Of a stretch of 64,000 nt of DNA, positions 1-13,962 are shown piece by piece. The notes under the pieces are model-generated. The model made no database searches. It worked only from the letters and a program-made list of their open reading frames with translations, and was not told where the DNA came from. Both the position numbers and the translations under genes were made by a program. Source of the DNA: Lingula anatina. Its lineage: Eukaryota > Animalia > Brachiopoda. Positions within the stretch are counted from its first letter, which is position 1, and every line of letters starts with the position of its first letter. The stretch spans positions 16,864,001 through 16,928,000 of the forward strand of contig CM120646.1 of NCBI GenBank assembly GCA_051362555.1, read 5' to 3'.

Positions 1-2087
1 ACAGTTAATGCTTGTTATCCCGACATATTTGAAGCATCTATTTGAATTGGTGATGCATGCTGGATCATCTGGGTACCTTGCAGTTAACATAAAGTGGGCA
101 CAGCTGCCAAACCACCATCCACCTTGGAACAGACTAGCACAGCTGTGGTTTATGCTGTCGTCATTGTCTCTATCGTGTGTGGAAAACGGGAGACCGTAAT
201 GGTATTCCATACTGTTCCCAGATACGTTCCCAACAAAGCTAGCGACACTTAGATATAATTTATAGTTGTCAGTTTCTGGGGACAAGTAAAAGTCATCGTG
301 CTCAACCCAGTAGGAGTTGTTGTTAAAGGAATCGAGTTCAAATCTGAGTTTGTATGTCTTATTGTAGGTCATAAGGTGGACAATCTCATTTCCAAGCCAG
401 TGGTCACCGGAAATGTCTCCAAATCCATCTCGGTACTCTGCCCAAGTACGGTGAAATGACAGCTCAGGTCCAGTACGTCTGTAAATTACAGTCCAGCCAT
501 CTTCACACCACATAAAGCGAACTCTACCGGTGTTGGAATCAGGGTCTCTGATCGCTGTCAGACCTTAAAATAAAATACATCTATGAAACATGTATTGTAC
601 AAAATATGTACATGTATTGAAGCTCTACTGAGCCTTTTTTTATTTCCAAACCTGTACGTTTATAGGCTGGTTGGCATTCAGTGACCAGTTTGACTCGTGT
701 ATACCAGAATTCATGGTTCGATACAAGAACTTAACTGTAGTGTATAGTTATGGTTACATCAGTCAAATACTTGATCTTATTTTCACACTAAGAAAATCAA
801 TTTAAGCAAATAGAGGTCGTTTACTCAGACATACAAGTATGTGCTAGGCACGTGCACACTCTACAGGGCCACAGATAGCTTTTTTTGCTGGGTAATTACA
901 TTTGTATCTCTGGCTAATTATTTGGACTTTCATGTACTGCCCAGCGAGAATCTATGCACAGACCTGACGTCGATTACTCAACTGGTTTCTGGTAGCTGTC
1001 ACCATGACAACAACATCATGTGTTTTAGACCGCTAGAATAGTACATTTGATACTTGCCATATTATTTTTATTTACATATATGCCGTTTGCCCCCTTGCTT
1101 ACCTTTTGGATAACCTAAGTTGCCACTACAGTCTTTAAACACCTGTAAATTAAAGGTGAAAATATTGTTGAACTAAGCATGATACTTGATACGATGCTTT
1201 TAAATAAATCAATATTTTAAAACGTTCGATGCAAAGACTTATAAGGTGTGCTAATTGGGCACGTAAGTAATATTTAAAATATAAACGTTCTGTTTTAATC
1301 TTCACATCCACGACACAAAAATTGCAGTAGATGTGGATACCTTAAAGTGTCAGTAAAATATTGTTTGCCTCTATTTGAAAAAAAGATAAATTGGTGATGG
1401 GGACAGCATGGAATACCTTGGTAAAATACTTCGTTCCTGTGTCAGAAATTGAGCTGTTTGCAAATGTATTCGTGCCTCCTCTGTAGATAGTGCATTCGAT
1501 AAATCTGGTAGTAGTATCTCTGACGTGAAAGTATTGACAGTATTCATACTGCAGGCAGAGCAATGCACACTTTCGGTTGCTTTCTACAGTAAACTGTTGA
1601 ATCTGATTCTCAGGTGATACGATCGCAGACGACGTAGGCATAAACTGTGTGAGGCTTTTTGCCAACGTTGATGTCCTGCTTACATTTATGAGGTTACCTT
1701 TTTAAAACGGAGAACATTTTTACATTATATCTTAAGTGTTAATACCAGTTTACAACTTGGCACACCGACGTGTACCACTTATTGAAATTGAAATTCGAAA
1801 CTCACAAATCTGTTGTATTTAGTAGGATTTGGTATATAAACAAGTCTATCAGTGAGTTTAACGATACAGAGTGTATTTAATCAAAGCGACAGAAGTGTTT
1901 GCAAGCTTGCACTCCAACTTATCAAAATTCCATATTGGTGTTACATTTTCTTCTCGGACACCTCTATTCTACGAGAATAGCATCTTATTAAAATGACGAT
2001 ATCAAATTATCACTTTAAAATACTGTAAAATAATTTTTAAAAATTACCTAAAACGGCAGTAAAAAGAAACATGTTCCAATGTTCCAT
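1..2087 (-). CDS. PAN/apple + fibrinogen-related domain secreted protein, copy 1 (3' end runs off the window)
   Basis: Exons 2087-2048 (MEHWNMFLFTAVLG), 1697-1417 (PAN, C-x3-C-x5-C-x14-C), 1142-1103 (VFKDCSGNLGYPKG) and 563-<1 (FBG: GWTVIYRR, GFGDISGDHWLGNE, FSTHDRDND, C...GGWWF). All junctions are GT-AG with compatible phases 1/0/1. Confidence 0.9.
665..725 (+). mobile_element. possible degenerate tRNA-derived SINE head in an intron
   Basis: A-box-like TGGCATTCAGTG and B-box-like GGTTCGATAC about 40 nt apart; no cloverleaf or tail recognised. Confidence 0.2.
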
Positions 2088-2559
2088 CAGCGCAGTAGAA
2101 ACCGAGCAAAGTGGTAAATGTAACGGCAGATCGTGTAGCATCGAAATGCTTACAAGCTTAAACTACCAAATCAATTTCGCATCAACCAGACACGTACACA
2201 ACAAGCTCACAAACATGGGACTCATACAAAAACTACTATTCATAAACGACGATAATTGACTTTCTTTCACCTACAGGACGATGTGTCGAATTCTAGTTGA
2301 CCAACTGTAATTCCACTGATACCCGTGCGTCATCGTAGTTAATTCTTTGTATAATCCCCATTCAATATGCATGCAAAATAGATTGAACTTTGTATCTAAA
2401 CCCTAACAGGGCGGAAGCCATTGCTCTGTATCCTCTACTTATAGACAGAGATTGTGAAATTGAACACTTTTAAAAGTGCTTTCTGCTAATGGCTTCTACC
2501 TGTATTGTATAGTGCAACCAAATTCCAATTGTAGTAGATCGATCTACTATAGATCCACT

Positions 2560-2830
2560 AATGGAGAATGTGGTAGAGAGCTGTTGGAATGAAAAGTCTG
2601 TATACATAATAGATATTCGAAATGCATTCTAAAAAGTATGTGTGCGTAACTGAATATTTCGCTCATACATGTCAAAACTTTCCAGGTGCTCATGCCAAGT
2701 GGATAAATATCGAAAAGAATTCTAAGCGTATTTTAACGGCATTCAAGCAGCATTCGACAAAGTCTGTTTGCATTTGAGCAAGAACCGAAATATGTCGAAA
2801 TACAGAATATCAATCACGAACCAAACCCAT
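2560..2830 (-). mobile_element. degenerate MITE fragment, same family as 30680-31026
   Basis: 2650-2725 (gaatatttcgctcat...caaaactttccaggtgc...aaatatcgaaaag) aligns by eye with the reverse complement of ~30825-30890. Confidence 0.5.
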
Positions 2831-3224
2831 TGCTTTCTGACGTTAATCCGCCCTTCATATCCAAATTAAAGTCAACATCTTGTCAACGTTGAAGTTTTAT
2901 CATTGACTCAGCGGATGAGATAACGTACTTTGCTCGCTGTCCTATTACCTCTTTTAACGGCAGTTTACCACAGTTGAAAAAAAAGAGGAAGACGCTCCAT
3001 GTATAATCATAACGATTACACAGTCAAATCTTGTCTACGAAATGGGCCAATGAAGAAGAATTCCCGTATAACATGTAATCTACGACAGATAGCACAATGC
3101 CAGTGGTCCACGCCAGTGGCGAACGCTTGGCTTCAGACGCTGGCCTAAATGTAGAGCTGACATTGGAAACAGAACTCGATTGTCCACCTCAAGCGTTACT
3201 AATATCGCTTGACATTGAAATTAA

Positions 3225-3365
3225 CCATATTTCTATCTCTCACCGGTCTCGGTATGAATAAATATAATATTTTAATTAATAATCTCTATCTTCCTACAGT
3301 TTTCGGTATGTTTAATAATATTATTTTAACTAATAATCTTTATCTCTTTCCAACCCTCGGTATGT
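3225..3365. repeat. degenerate ~55-60-bp tandem repeat (about 3 units) in the 3' UTR of copy 2
   Basis: Recurring tctatct...tcggtatg...taatatt units. Confidence 0.55.
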
Positions 3366-3369
3366 GTAA

Positions 3370-4189
3370 TTAAAAGCGCATGATTTTCATTTCTCCTTGT
3401 TTCAGCAAACATCCAGTGTCGCAGTTAGTGCCCGTAATCCCAACATACTTAAAGCATTGACCTGGGTAGAGGGAGCATGTTGGATTTTCTGGATGATTTG
3501 CAGTAAGAACGGAGAGGCCACAGGACTGAAACCACCACCCGCCCTGGAAAACAAGTGCACAGTTGTTCCCACTATGGTCATTATCTCTGTCGTGTGTGGT
3601 AAATGGCTGGCCATTATGGGGTGCCATACTATCTTTAAATACGTTTCCAGCAAAGCTAGTGGGATTAAAATGTAATGTATAGTTGTCGCCCTCTGGCGAC
3701 AAATAAAAGCCATCGTGCTCAACCCAGTACGAGTTGTTGTTATAGGATTCAAACTCAAGTCTCAGTTTGTAGGTCTTATTGTAGGTCATAAGGTGGACAA
3801 TCTCATTTCCAAGCCAGTGGTCACCGGAAATGTCTCCAAATCCATCTCGGTACTCTGCCCAAGTACGGTGAAATGACAGCTCAGGTCCAGTACGTCTGTA
3901 AATTACAGTCCAGCCATCTTCACACCACATAAAGCGAACTCTACCGGTGTTGGAATCAGGGTCTCTGATCGCTGTCACACCTTGAAATAAGACATCAAAC
4001 AAAAGTATGTACATATACTTGTATAATATTTCCTAGATATTTGTTCGAGTAACTCCTCTGATTTTTAGATGATACACCTTCCAAACCCTTCATTTTTCAA
4101 ACCTCCATATAATGTGCATCCTCTTTAGGGCTGACATATCCAGCACAGGTAAGAAGTTGTAATCACAAACGCTCATTCATCCACACGGA

Positions 4190-4252
<63 letters not shown>

Positions 4253-4865
4253 CGCCTAATCTTTGTAATTGCGATGAACTTAAATTAAATGCCGCTGAAT
4301 TTCAGACGCAACAAGAACGCATGTACGGGAATTGGAAAACGTATCAAAACATATCAATTAAAAATTGAGCATTTAGGTACCTGATTCAGTTTGATCATAA
4401 AATTTATCAATAGTAAGATTTCTCAATAGTAAATTATTCAAACTTATGTACATGGTGCATAAATATATCACTATCATGTAGGCAGTATTGGTGCTTTGTA
4501 TTATTATTATCATTATTATTATTTTTATTAAAATAATGCAATTTATAAGAATAACCATGAACGGATATTTTACTGTGACATATATGCCAGGCATAACTTT
4601 TTTGAAAAACTAATCTATAGTCTCAACCACATGCTGTATTAATATTTTATTCGTGTAGACCGTGCCTAATACTTACCTTTCGGATTACCTGAACTTTCAC
4701 TGCAGTCTTCAAATACCTATAAAAGTCAGAGGAGAACGGAAATATCACAGTTACCATGGTATCAAAGTTAAATAGGCGTCCGAAAAATAAAAATTAAGAG
4801 ACATTAACTCCTGACTATTCTCAAAGCCTTCGTATTATATACATCTGGATATTCAGCGTGTATTC

Positions 4866-4911
<46 letters not shown>

Positions 4912-5781
4912 TTATTAAGCCAATAAAATACAAATGTATAAAATCGGGAATCTTTTGCCCTGTAGTAGCGCCATTGAAATATAAAGAATGAAAATTAAAA
5001 TTACATGTTAGAGTTAAAAATAGTTACTGCCGAAGGATAAAAGCTATTTAAAAATCGCTTAGTACCCTTAAAAGCTAAGAGTCTCGAATTGCTAGGTAAA
5101 AATTTAAAAAGGGTATGGGCTGGATGGGAACTGTCTGTCATTATTGATAATGTTTTCTTTTTAGTCCTGTCTAGATATATAGTATGGACGGGAGTTAGAT
5201 CTGTTCCAATTACAATCCCTGCAGTTTCGACGATCTTTTCTAACTTGTTCCTCTCCAGCTATGTATTTTAAGTATATCTGAAATGTTTTATTACGGTTTA
5301 AAATGATCAAAACAAAATCATTAAATACCTTGGCATAATACTTCAATCCTGTGTCAGAAATTGAGCTGTTTGCAAACACATTCATTTCTCCTCTGTAAGT
5401 AACACATTCGATAAATCTGGTAGACGTATCTCTAACGTGAAAGTATTGGCAGTATTCATAAAGGAGACAGAGTAACGCACATCTCACGTTGCTTTCTACA
5501 GTAAACTGCTGAATCGGGTTCTCAGGGGATACAATCCCAGTTGTTATAGACACAAATTGCGTTAAACTTTCTTGCAACACCCATTGTCTGCTTACATTTG
5601 CGAGGCTACCTGTAAAAGAAATGATGTTTACAATTTACTTGCCTTTATCAACACTTGCATCAATTAACCATCTGAAACAAAATATAATTTTCAGCCAACA
5701 TCAAGTAACCACTTTCATATAGTAAAAAAGAAAATAATTACCTAAAGCGACAGAAAAGAGGAATGTCTTCCAATGTTCCAT
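3370..5781 (-). CDS. PAN/apple + fibrinogen-related domain secreted protein, copy 2 (~323 aa)
   Basis: Exons 5781-5742 (MEHWKTFLFSVALG), 5609-5329 (PAN), 4716-4677 (VFEDCSESSGNPKG) and 3980-3370 (FBG, ends LLKQGEMKIMRF*). First three exons are 40/281/40 nt as in the paralogues; GT-AG junctions. Confidence 0.92.
4193..4250. repeat. (TA)n microsatellite
   Basis: Direct reading. Confidence 0.95.
4869..4911. repeat. (AAT)n microsatellite
   Basis: Direct reading. Confidence 0.95.
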
Positions 5782-6995
5782 TTGCGTAGTAAAAATATGT
5801 CTTCTAGGTCAAAATCTGTCGATGAGCAACATCGAAACCATTACCTACAGTTCCCACCACCAAAACACTCACACGGAGCTCACAAACCCGGGACTGATAT
5901 CAAATCTACTTATCTTAAATGATGGTGACAAGCTTTCTTTGATCTACAGGACGAAGGCAGATAAATGTAATGCTGCTAATGCAGTTGAAGCCCGTACATC
6001 AACAAAGAGGAAGTTTGCATGTATTATACTAATTCGATATCAAATTTTCGACATCTAACCTACGCATAAAAAATTAAATGAACATTGTATTTAAATTCTA
6101 AAACTTAGTAGGCTAATAGTCAATATTCTTTGTTAACAGACGGAAAGTGCTCGCTTCCATAACTCGAAAAGTGCGTGCATTCAGTTGCAGTTGTGTGTAC
6201 TTTTCATAAAAAAAGCCCATGCACATACAACACTAATCCATCTTCAATATGTTTAATTGGTTGCTTTACATTTTCCCGTAATTGCTTGCCTTTAGGATCT
6301 GTACCTCCAACGATAAGTAATTATAAATGACGTTATCCAATCGCCTCTATTGACAAAAAGGTTTAGATAGGAAACACAATAAGGAAACACGGGACACTTT
6401 AGCTATGTGCTATCCTACTTAATGAAGTTAAATTAACTATTTCTCTGCAAACTCTCGTACATCCACCAACCCTCTCGCTCACATGCTGGAGGAAAATCTC
6501 AGGCACGTACAGGCGTTGACATACAACTGACACGCACAGACACACAAACACACACGCCCCTACAGAGACACACACTGTATACCAACGATGCCTTTGAATG
6601 GTACATTTTTAATGTTTATTTACATATACACATGCTACAAACAAACAATTGATTCAGAAACAATATATATAATGAAACTTTGCATATATAATACATGTAG
6701 GTTATGCGTACATGATACAAAATACGGCTAAAAGCAACATAAGAATTACACGTACACATCGATATTAGCCGAGTTGATGACAACCATAAGACCTAAATAC
6801 CAAGTATATTAACACCAGAATTGTTTATGCATACACAAGGATTTTCAAGGTCACAATCAAATTGCTTGTTGTTTGACAGGTTAACTTGCGAATTCGCAAG
6901 TAAAGGTTTCAAAGTGTTTTTACTCTACTGAACCTTTCGGTAATACCGTATATTATACAGTATTCGCAGTATTGATACCGGATACTGAGTAACCT

Positions 6996-7395
6996 ACATC
7001 TCACGTTGCTGTCTACAGTATACTGTTGTCAAATCTCATTCTCAGCAGATGCAGTTCCAGACGATGTAGGTACAAACTAGGTAAAACTTGCCTGCAACGC
7101 CGATCCAGGCTGCTTGTAATCAAATGGCGTGTACATTGTTAAATGTTTCTTTTGAATATAGATTAAGTGTTAATGCTAAATAACATTCATTTCATGTTGT
7201 TTTTATTAAAACTCCAGAAAAACATTTTCCACGATTCAATTTCACAAATTCGAATTTGGTTTCTTTTTGCTATCTTGATCTCGTTGACATTGTTTGCAAA
7301 GGTACTTTTCAAGACAACGTGAAATTATCGCTTTCAAATAGAAAGAGATATTTACGTAAAACTACAGAGAAAAGGAACATCTTCGAAAATCCCAT
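6996..7395 (-). pseudogene. truncated PAN-FBG relic (copy-5-like leader exon plus broken 5' part of PAN exon)
   Basis: 7395-7356 encodes MGFSKMFLFSVVL followed by GT (copy 5: MGFSEMFLFSVVLG). ~7115-6996 is homologous to the PAN exon 5' half with an in-frame TAG and indels. No linker or FBG exon follows. Confidence 0.75.
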
Positions 7396-8615
7396 ACTCA
7401 TTTTCAACTAAAGTTTTCAATCCCATAATCTTGTAAAATGGTGAATTTGAAATGACGCTACATATTGCACTGAAATACTTGACAACAACAGAAAAGGATA
7501 TACAATAGACACGTTTCGTATCTGGAAACAAATACCCGTCTGTCCTCGGGGTGGAAGTTTTCCAATTGTCCTATTCAACATAAATCCTTGAAGGCTACAA
7601 AATACTCGCAAACATCGTTTACGTATGTTGCATAAACTAAAGCCCTTACAAAGAATGGGTATGTCAATATTTTTTCCTTTCGGAAAGAAACCTTTATTTC
7701 ACTCACCTTAAATAGTGTTCTTTTGCTTATGAATAAATCATAGTGTGGCCTGCCTTCTGATCGATTAAATAACTATGTTATTGTATACGAAGGCTATCAT
7801 CAATATCTATATTGGTTGTTTCTTCCGAAGTGTTTCTTCCGAAAACCTTTTTAATAAATTGTAAATAAGCGTTCATAAAATGTTTCCTTAATGTTTCTAG
7901 TTACTCGAAATTTATAAACCAGTGCATAGCTTGTCACTCTAATGTCTACAAATTATCAAAACCCTTTTCATTTTTATGCATTAATATATGGTGAAAATAT
8001 TCCTTCCTAACCATTAACCGTGGCATGTTATATATATTGTGGAAAAGAAATGATGGAGACAAAGAAGTCATCAAACTGCCGTATAATAACAAAGCAGTTA
8101 ACTTAGCAATGAGTCGAGATCCACCAAAACATCGGCATTACATGACGTCATACGAGGCTAGAGAATGTGACAGATTCTTTTATTTTTGCGATAAGATTAA
8201 CACAGTGCGTCGGAAATTTCGTCTTCGGAAGCAATACAAAAGTAACATGCAAAACAGGGTGTATTCGCACTGTTGACCGATAGAGTGTAATTCGACAGAA
8301 CTAAAGAGAAAACAACCAGGAAAAAATCATGGTGTGACCCGTCTCGCCTGTCCTATGACGAATTAAATAACTAAAAACATGTACGTAAATGCATATATCA
8401 TTTGTTATGTATTTGCACAAAGTGCATAATAGATGATGATCTGAAAATGAGGAGACAACATTCTGTTTTTACTCATTGAACATTGTCAACCCACCATTGT
8501 CACAAACAAGATGATGAAGCAAAATAATAAAACAAATAATAATAGCAATAACAATAATATCAATTTCAACCAGCTCTCCCTCTTTGAAGCTCAGCGTCTG
8601 TATATACTACTGTAG

Positions 8616-9749
8616 TCAATTATTCATTGGCTTGATTTTCATGATCCCTTGTTTCAAAAAACAGCCAGTATCACAATTTATGCCTGTTACCCCGACATAT
8701 TTAAAGGATTTTTTATCGGAGGGCCAGTTTGGGTCATCCGGGTGCATTCCCGTAAAAGTGGCTGACGTACAACGGTCAAACCACCATCCGCCTTTGTACA
8801 AATTCGCACAATTCCTATTCTCCTTTTTGTCATTGTCTCTGTCGTGCGTAGTAAACGGACGACCGTTATTCTCAGCAATACTATCTTGAGACACATTTCC
8901 AACAAAGCTATTTGTATTCAGGTGCAGTGTGTAATTGTCATTTTCTGGGAATAGGTAGAAATTATCGAACTCAACCCAGTAGGAGTTATTGTTATAAGAG
9001 TCAAACTCAAATCTCAGTTTGTACGTCTTAAGATGGACAATCTCATTTCCAAGCCAGTGGTCACCAGAAATGTCTCCAAATCCATCTCGGTACTCTGCCC
9101 ACGTGCGGTGAAATGACAGCTCAGGTCCAGTACGTCTGTGGATTACAGTCCAGCCATCTTCACACCACATGAAGCGAAATCTACCAGTGCTGGAATCAGG
9201 GCATCTGATTGCTGTCACACCTTGAAAATAAGATATCAAACAAAAGTCTTTACATTTACTTGTATAATATGTCTTAGAAGTTTGTTCGAGTAACTCCTCT
9301 GAATTGCAGATGATAAACCTGCCAAGTCCTTGATTTTCAAACTTCCATATTATGTGCATCCATTTTGATATTGTAATATCCAGCACAGGTTTGGTAAAAA
9401 AAATTACCAATGTAATCACTAAAGCTCATTCATCTATCCGGATACCACGCTCACATAAATTGTCACGCGGTAAAGACATACGTATAAATACGTAACGTCT
9501 AACATTTGTAATTGCGGTTAACTTTAATCAAATGCCGCTGAATTTCAGGCGCAACAAGAACGGATGAACAGGAATTCGAAAACGTACTATAATGTTTAAA
9601 TTAGCGAATAAGCATATTTTGGATAGATGATTCATTTTAATAATAAATTAAACGATTTATAAATAGATTATAAATAATTAATCAAACACATGTATATTAT
9701 ACATGTGTATACAAATATTCACTATCATGTAGGATATATTGATGGTTTT

Positions 9750-9783
<34 letters not shown>

Positions 9784-10671
9784 AATCTTGCAATACATAA
9801 GAATAACCATGAACGAATATTTTACTGTGACATATATGTCAGTAACAGCACTTTTAGACAACTAATATTTTGTCTCTACTTCATACCATATTTATATTGT
9901 ATTCGTGTAGACCGTGCATAAATACACTTACCTTTCGGAAAACCTGAGCTTTCACTGCAGTCTTCAAATACCTATAATAGCCAAAGTAAGAAGGAAATAT
10001 CACAATTACCACACTTATCAAAATTAAATAGACGTCCGAAAAATAGAAATTAAGAATTAGATAGAAATTAAAGTGCTAACTATTCGCAAATGCTTCGTAT
10101 TATACGTCTGGGTATCCAGCGTGTACATGTAGTTATGTATTATAACCATATGTGAAATGTTTTTATTCCGGTTCAAATGATCAAAACAAAAGCATAAAAT
10201 ACCTTGGCATAATACTTCAATCCTGTGTCAGAAATTGAGCTGTTTGCAAACCCATTCGTGTCTCCTCTGTAAGCAGTACATTCGATAAATCTGGTAGTCG
10301 TAGTTCTGACGTGAAAGTATTGGCAGTATTCATAAAGGAGACAGAGTAACGCACATCTCCCGTTGCTTTCTACAGTGAACTGCTGAATCACATTCTCAGA
10401 GGATACGATTCCATATGTTATGGACACAAAATGCGTTAAACTTTCTTGCAACACCAATTGTCTGCTTACATTTGCGAAGCTACCTGTAAAAGAAATTATG
10501 TTTGCAATTTTTCACGACTTACATGTACTTGCCTTTATCAACACTTGGATCAGTTAACCATCTGAAACAAAACATAATTTTCAGCCAACATCAAGGAACT
10601 TCTTTCAAACAGTAAAAAAGAAAATAATTACATAAAGCAGCAGAAAAGAGGAATGTCTTCCAATTTTCCAT
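8616..10671 (-). CDS. PAN/apple + fibrinogen-related domain secreted protein, copy 3 (~321 aa; 12-nt in-frame deletion in FBG)
   Basis: Exons 10671-10632 (MENWKTFLFSAALC), 10483-10203, 9971-9932 and 9220-8616. Lacks MTYN relative to copy 4. Confidence 0.88.
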
Positions 10672-12875
10672 TTGCGTAGTAGAAATATGTCTTCCAAGTC
10701 AAAACCCCGGGCCTTAAATCAAATCTACTGATGTTAAACGATGGTGACAAGCTTTCTCTAATCTACAGGACGAAGGTAGAAAAATGAAATGCAGTTGATG
10801 CACATCAAAGTGAAAGTTTGCATGCAGTATCCCAATTCGATATCATATTTTTGGACGTCTAGCCTACGCATTACAAATAAAATGAACATTATATTTAAAT
10901 TTCAAAGCTTAGTAAACTAGTGAACAACATTCTTTGTTTACAGACGGAAAGGTCTCACTTCCATAACTCGAGAATTGCGTGTATTCAGTGTCAACTGTGT
11001 GTAGATTGATTTCATAAAAAGACCTTGCACATACAACAGTATTACATCAATATTTTTTTAATTGATTGCTTTAGATGTTCCACGTAATTGCTTCCCTATA
11101 GGATCTGTACCTCGAATGATAAGTAATTATAAATGACATTATCCAGTCGCCTTTATTGCCAAGATGGCTTACTTAGGAAACACAATAAGGAAACACAGGA
11201 CACTTTAACTATGTGCTATCCATAAAAAAAGTTAAATTAACCATTTCTCTGGTAACTGTCGTACATCCACCAACCCTCTCGCTCACATGCTGGAGGAAAA
11301 TCTCAGGCACGTACAGGCGTTGACATACAACTGACACGCACAGACACATAAACACACGCCCCAACAGAGACACACTGTATACCAACGATGCCTTTGAATA
11401 GCACATTTTTACGTTTATTTACATATACAAATGTTACAAACAGACAATTGATTCCGAAACAATGTATTGCAGTCTTGGCGGTTCTTTGTCAATTATATAT
11501 GTATATATATTCACGTCAGTCATATTCACGTTTGCAAAGTTGTTTTTTAAATAAAACATCAAAAGTCTTTTTCAAGACAACGTGAAATTATCGGTTTCAA
11601 ATAGAAAGAGATATTTACGTAAAACGACAGAGAAAAACATCTTCGAAAATCCCATACTCATTTTCAACTAAAGTTTTCAATCCCATAATCTTGTAAAATG
11701 GTGAATTTGAAATGACGCTACATATTGCACTGAAATACTTGACAACAACAGAAAAGGATATACAATAGACACGTTTCGTATCTGGAAACAAATACCCGTC
11801 TGTCCTCGGGGTGGAAGTTTTCCAATTGTCCTATTCAACATAAATCCTTGAAGGCTACAAAATACTCGCAAACATCGTTTACGTATGTTGCATAAACTAA
11901 AGCCCTTACAAAGAATGGGTATGTCAATATTTTTTCCTTTCGGAAAGAAACCTTTATTTCACTCACCTTAAATAGTGTTCTTTTGCTTATGAATAAATCA
12001 TAGTGTGGCCTGCCTTCTGATCGATTAAATAACTATGTTATTGTATACGAAGGCTATCATCAATATCTATATTGGTTGTTTCTTCCGAAGTGTTTCTTCC
12101 GAAAACCTTTTTAATAAATTGTAAATAAGCGTTCATAAAATGTTTCCTTAATGTTTCTAGTTACTCGAAATTTATAAACCAGTGCATAGCTTGTCACTCT
12201 AATGTCTACAAATTATCAAAACCCTTTTCATTTTTATGCATTAATATATGGTGAAAATATTCCTTCCTAACCATTAACCGTGGCATGTTATATATATTGT
12301 GGAAAAGAAATGATGGAGACAAAGAAGTCATCAAACTGCCGTATAATAACAAAGCAGTTAACTTAGCAATGAGTCGAGATCCACCAAAACATCGGCATTA
12401 CATGACGTCATACGAGGCTAGAGAATGTGACAGATTCTTTTATTTTTGCGATAAGATTAACACAGTGCGTCGGAAATTTCGTCTTCGGAAGCAATACAAA
12501 AGTAACATGCAAAACAGGGTGTATTCGCACTGTTGACCGATAGAGTGTAATTCGACAGAACTAAAGAGAAAACAACCAGGAAAAAATCATGGTGTGACCC
12601 GTCTCGCCTGTCCTATGACGAATTAAATAACTAAAAACATGTACGCAAATGCATATATCATTTGTTATGTATTTGCACAAAGTGCATAATAGATGATGAT
12701 CTGAAAATGAGGAGATAACATTCTGTTTTTACTCATTGAACATTGTCAACCCACCATTGTCACAAACAAGATGATGAAGCAAAATAATAAAACAAATAAT
12801 AATAGCAATAACAATAATATCAATTTCAACCAGCTCTCCCTCTTTGAAGCTCAGCGTCTGTATATACTACTGTAG

Positions 12876-13928
12876 TCAATTATTCATTGGCTTGATTTTC
12901 ATGATCCCTTGTTTCAAAAAACAGCCAGTATCACAATTTATGCCTGTTACCCCGACATATTTAAAGGATTTTTTATCGGAGGGCCAGTTTGGGTCATCCG
13001 GGTGCATTCCCGTAAAAGTGGCTGACGTACAACGGTCAAACCACCATCCGCCTTTGTACAAATTCGCACAATTCCTATTCTCCTTTTTGTCATTGTCTCT
13101 GTCGTGCGTAGTAAACGGACGACCGTTATTCTCAGCAATACTATCTTGAGACACATTTCCAACAAAGCTATTTGTATTCAGGTGCAGTGTGTAATTGTCA
13201 TTTTCTGGGAATAGGTAGAAATTATCGAACTCAACCCAGTAGGAGTTATTGTTATAAGAGTCAAACTCAAATCTCAGTTTGTACGTCTTATTGTAGGTCA
13301 TAAGATGGACAATCTCATTTCCAAGCCAGTGGTCACCAGAAATGTCTCCAAATCCATCTCGGTACTCTGCCCACGTGCGGTGAAATGACAGCTCAGGTCC
13401 AGTACGTCTGTGGATTACAGTCCAGCCATCTTCACACCACATGAAGCGAAATCTACCAGTGCTGGAATCAGGGCATCTGATTGCTGTCACACCTTGAAAA
13501 TAAGATATCAAACAAAAGTCGTTACATTTACTTGTATAATATATCTTAGATGTTTGTTCGAGTAACTCCTCTGAATTGCAGATGATAAACCTGCCAGGTC
13601 CTTGATTTTCAAACTTCCATATTATGTGCATCCATTTTAGTATTGTAATATCCAGAACATGTTTGGTAAAAAAATTACCAATGTAATCACTAAAGCTCAT
13701 TCATCTATCCGGATACCACAGTCACACAAGTCACGTGGTAAAGACATACGTATAAATACGTAACGCCTAACCTTTGTAATTGCGGTTAACTTTAATCAAA
13801 TGCCGCTGAATTTCAGGCGCAACAAGAACGGATGAACAGGAATTCGAAAACGCACTTTAATCAAACACATGTATATTATACATGTGTATACAAATATTCA
13901 CTATCATGTAGGATATATTGATGGTTTT

Positions 13929-13962
<34 letters not shown>

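Noticed and set aside
2407-2549. Short inverted repeat (gaagccatt/aatggcttc) and 18-bp palindrome TAGTAGATCGATCTACTA
   Set aside because: Most simply transposon debris; single occurrence with no functional context.
7417-8276. Repeated short ORFs (64 aa and 83 aa; also 11677-12536 and 15906-16685)
   Set aside because: They are identical only because of the recent duplication; frames are not kept in the more diverged copies.
9221-9419. N-terminal extensions of the FBG ORFs in the ORF track (also 13493-13700 and 3981-4014)
   Set aside because: Read-through into intron 3, upstream of the conserved AG acceptor.
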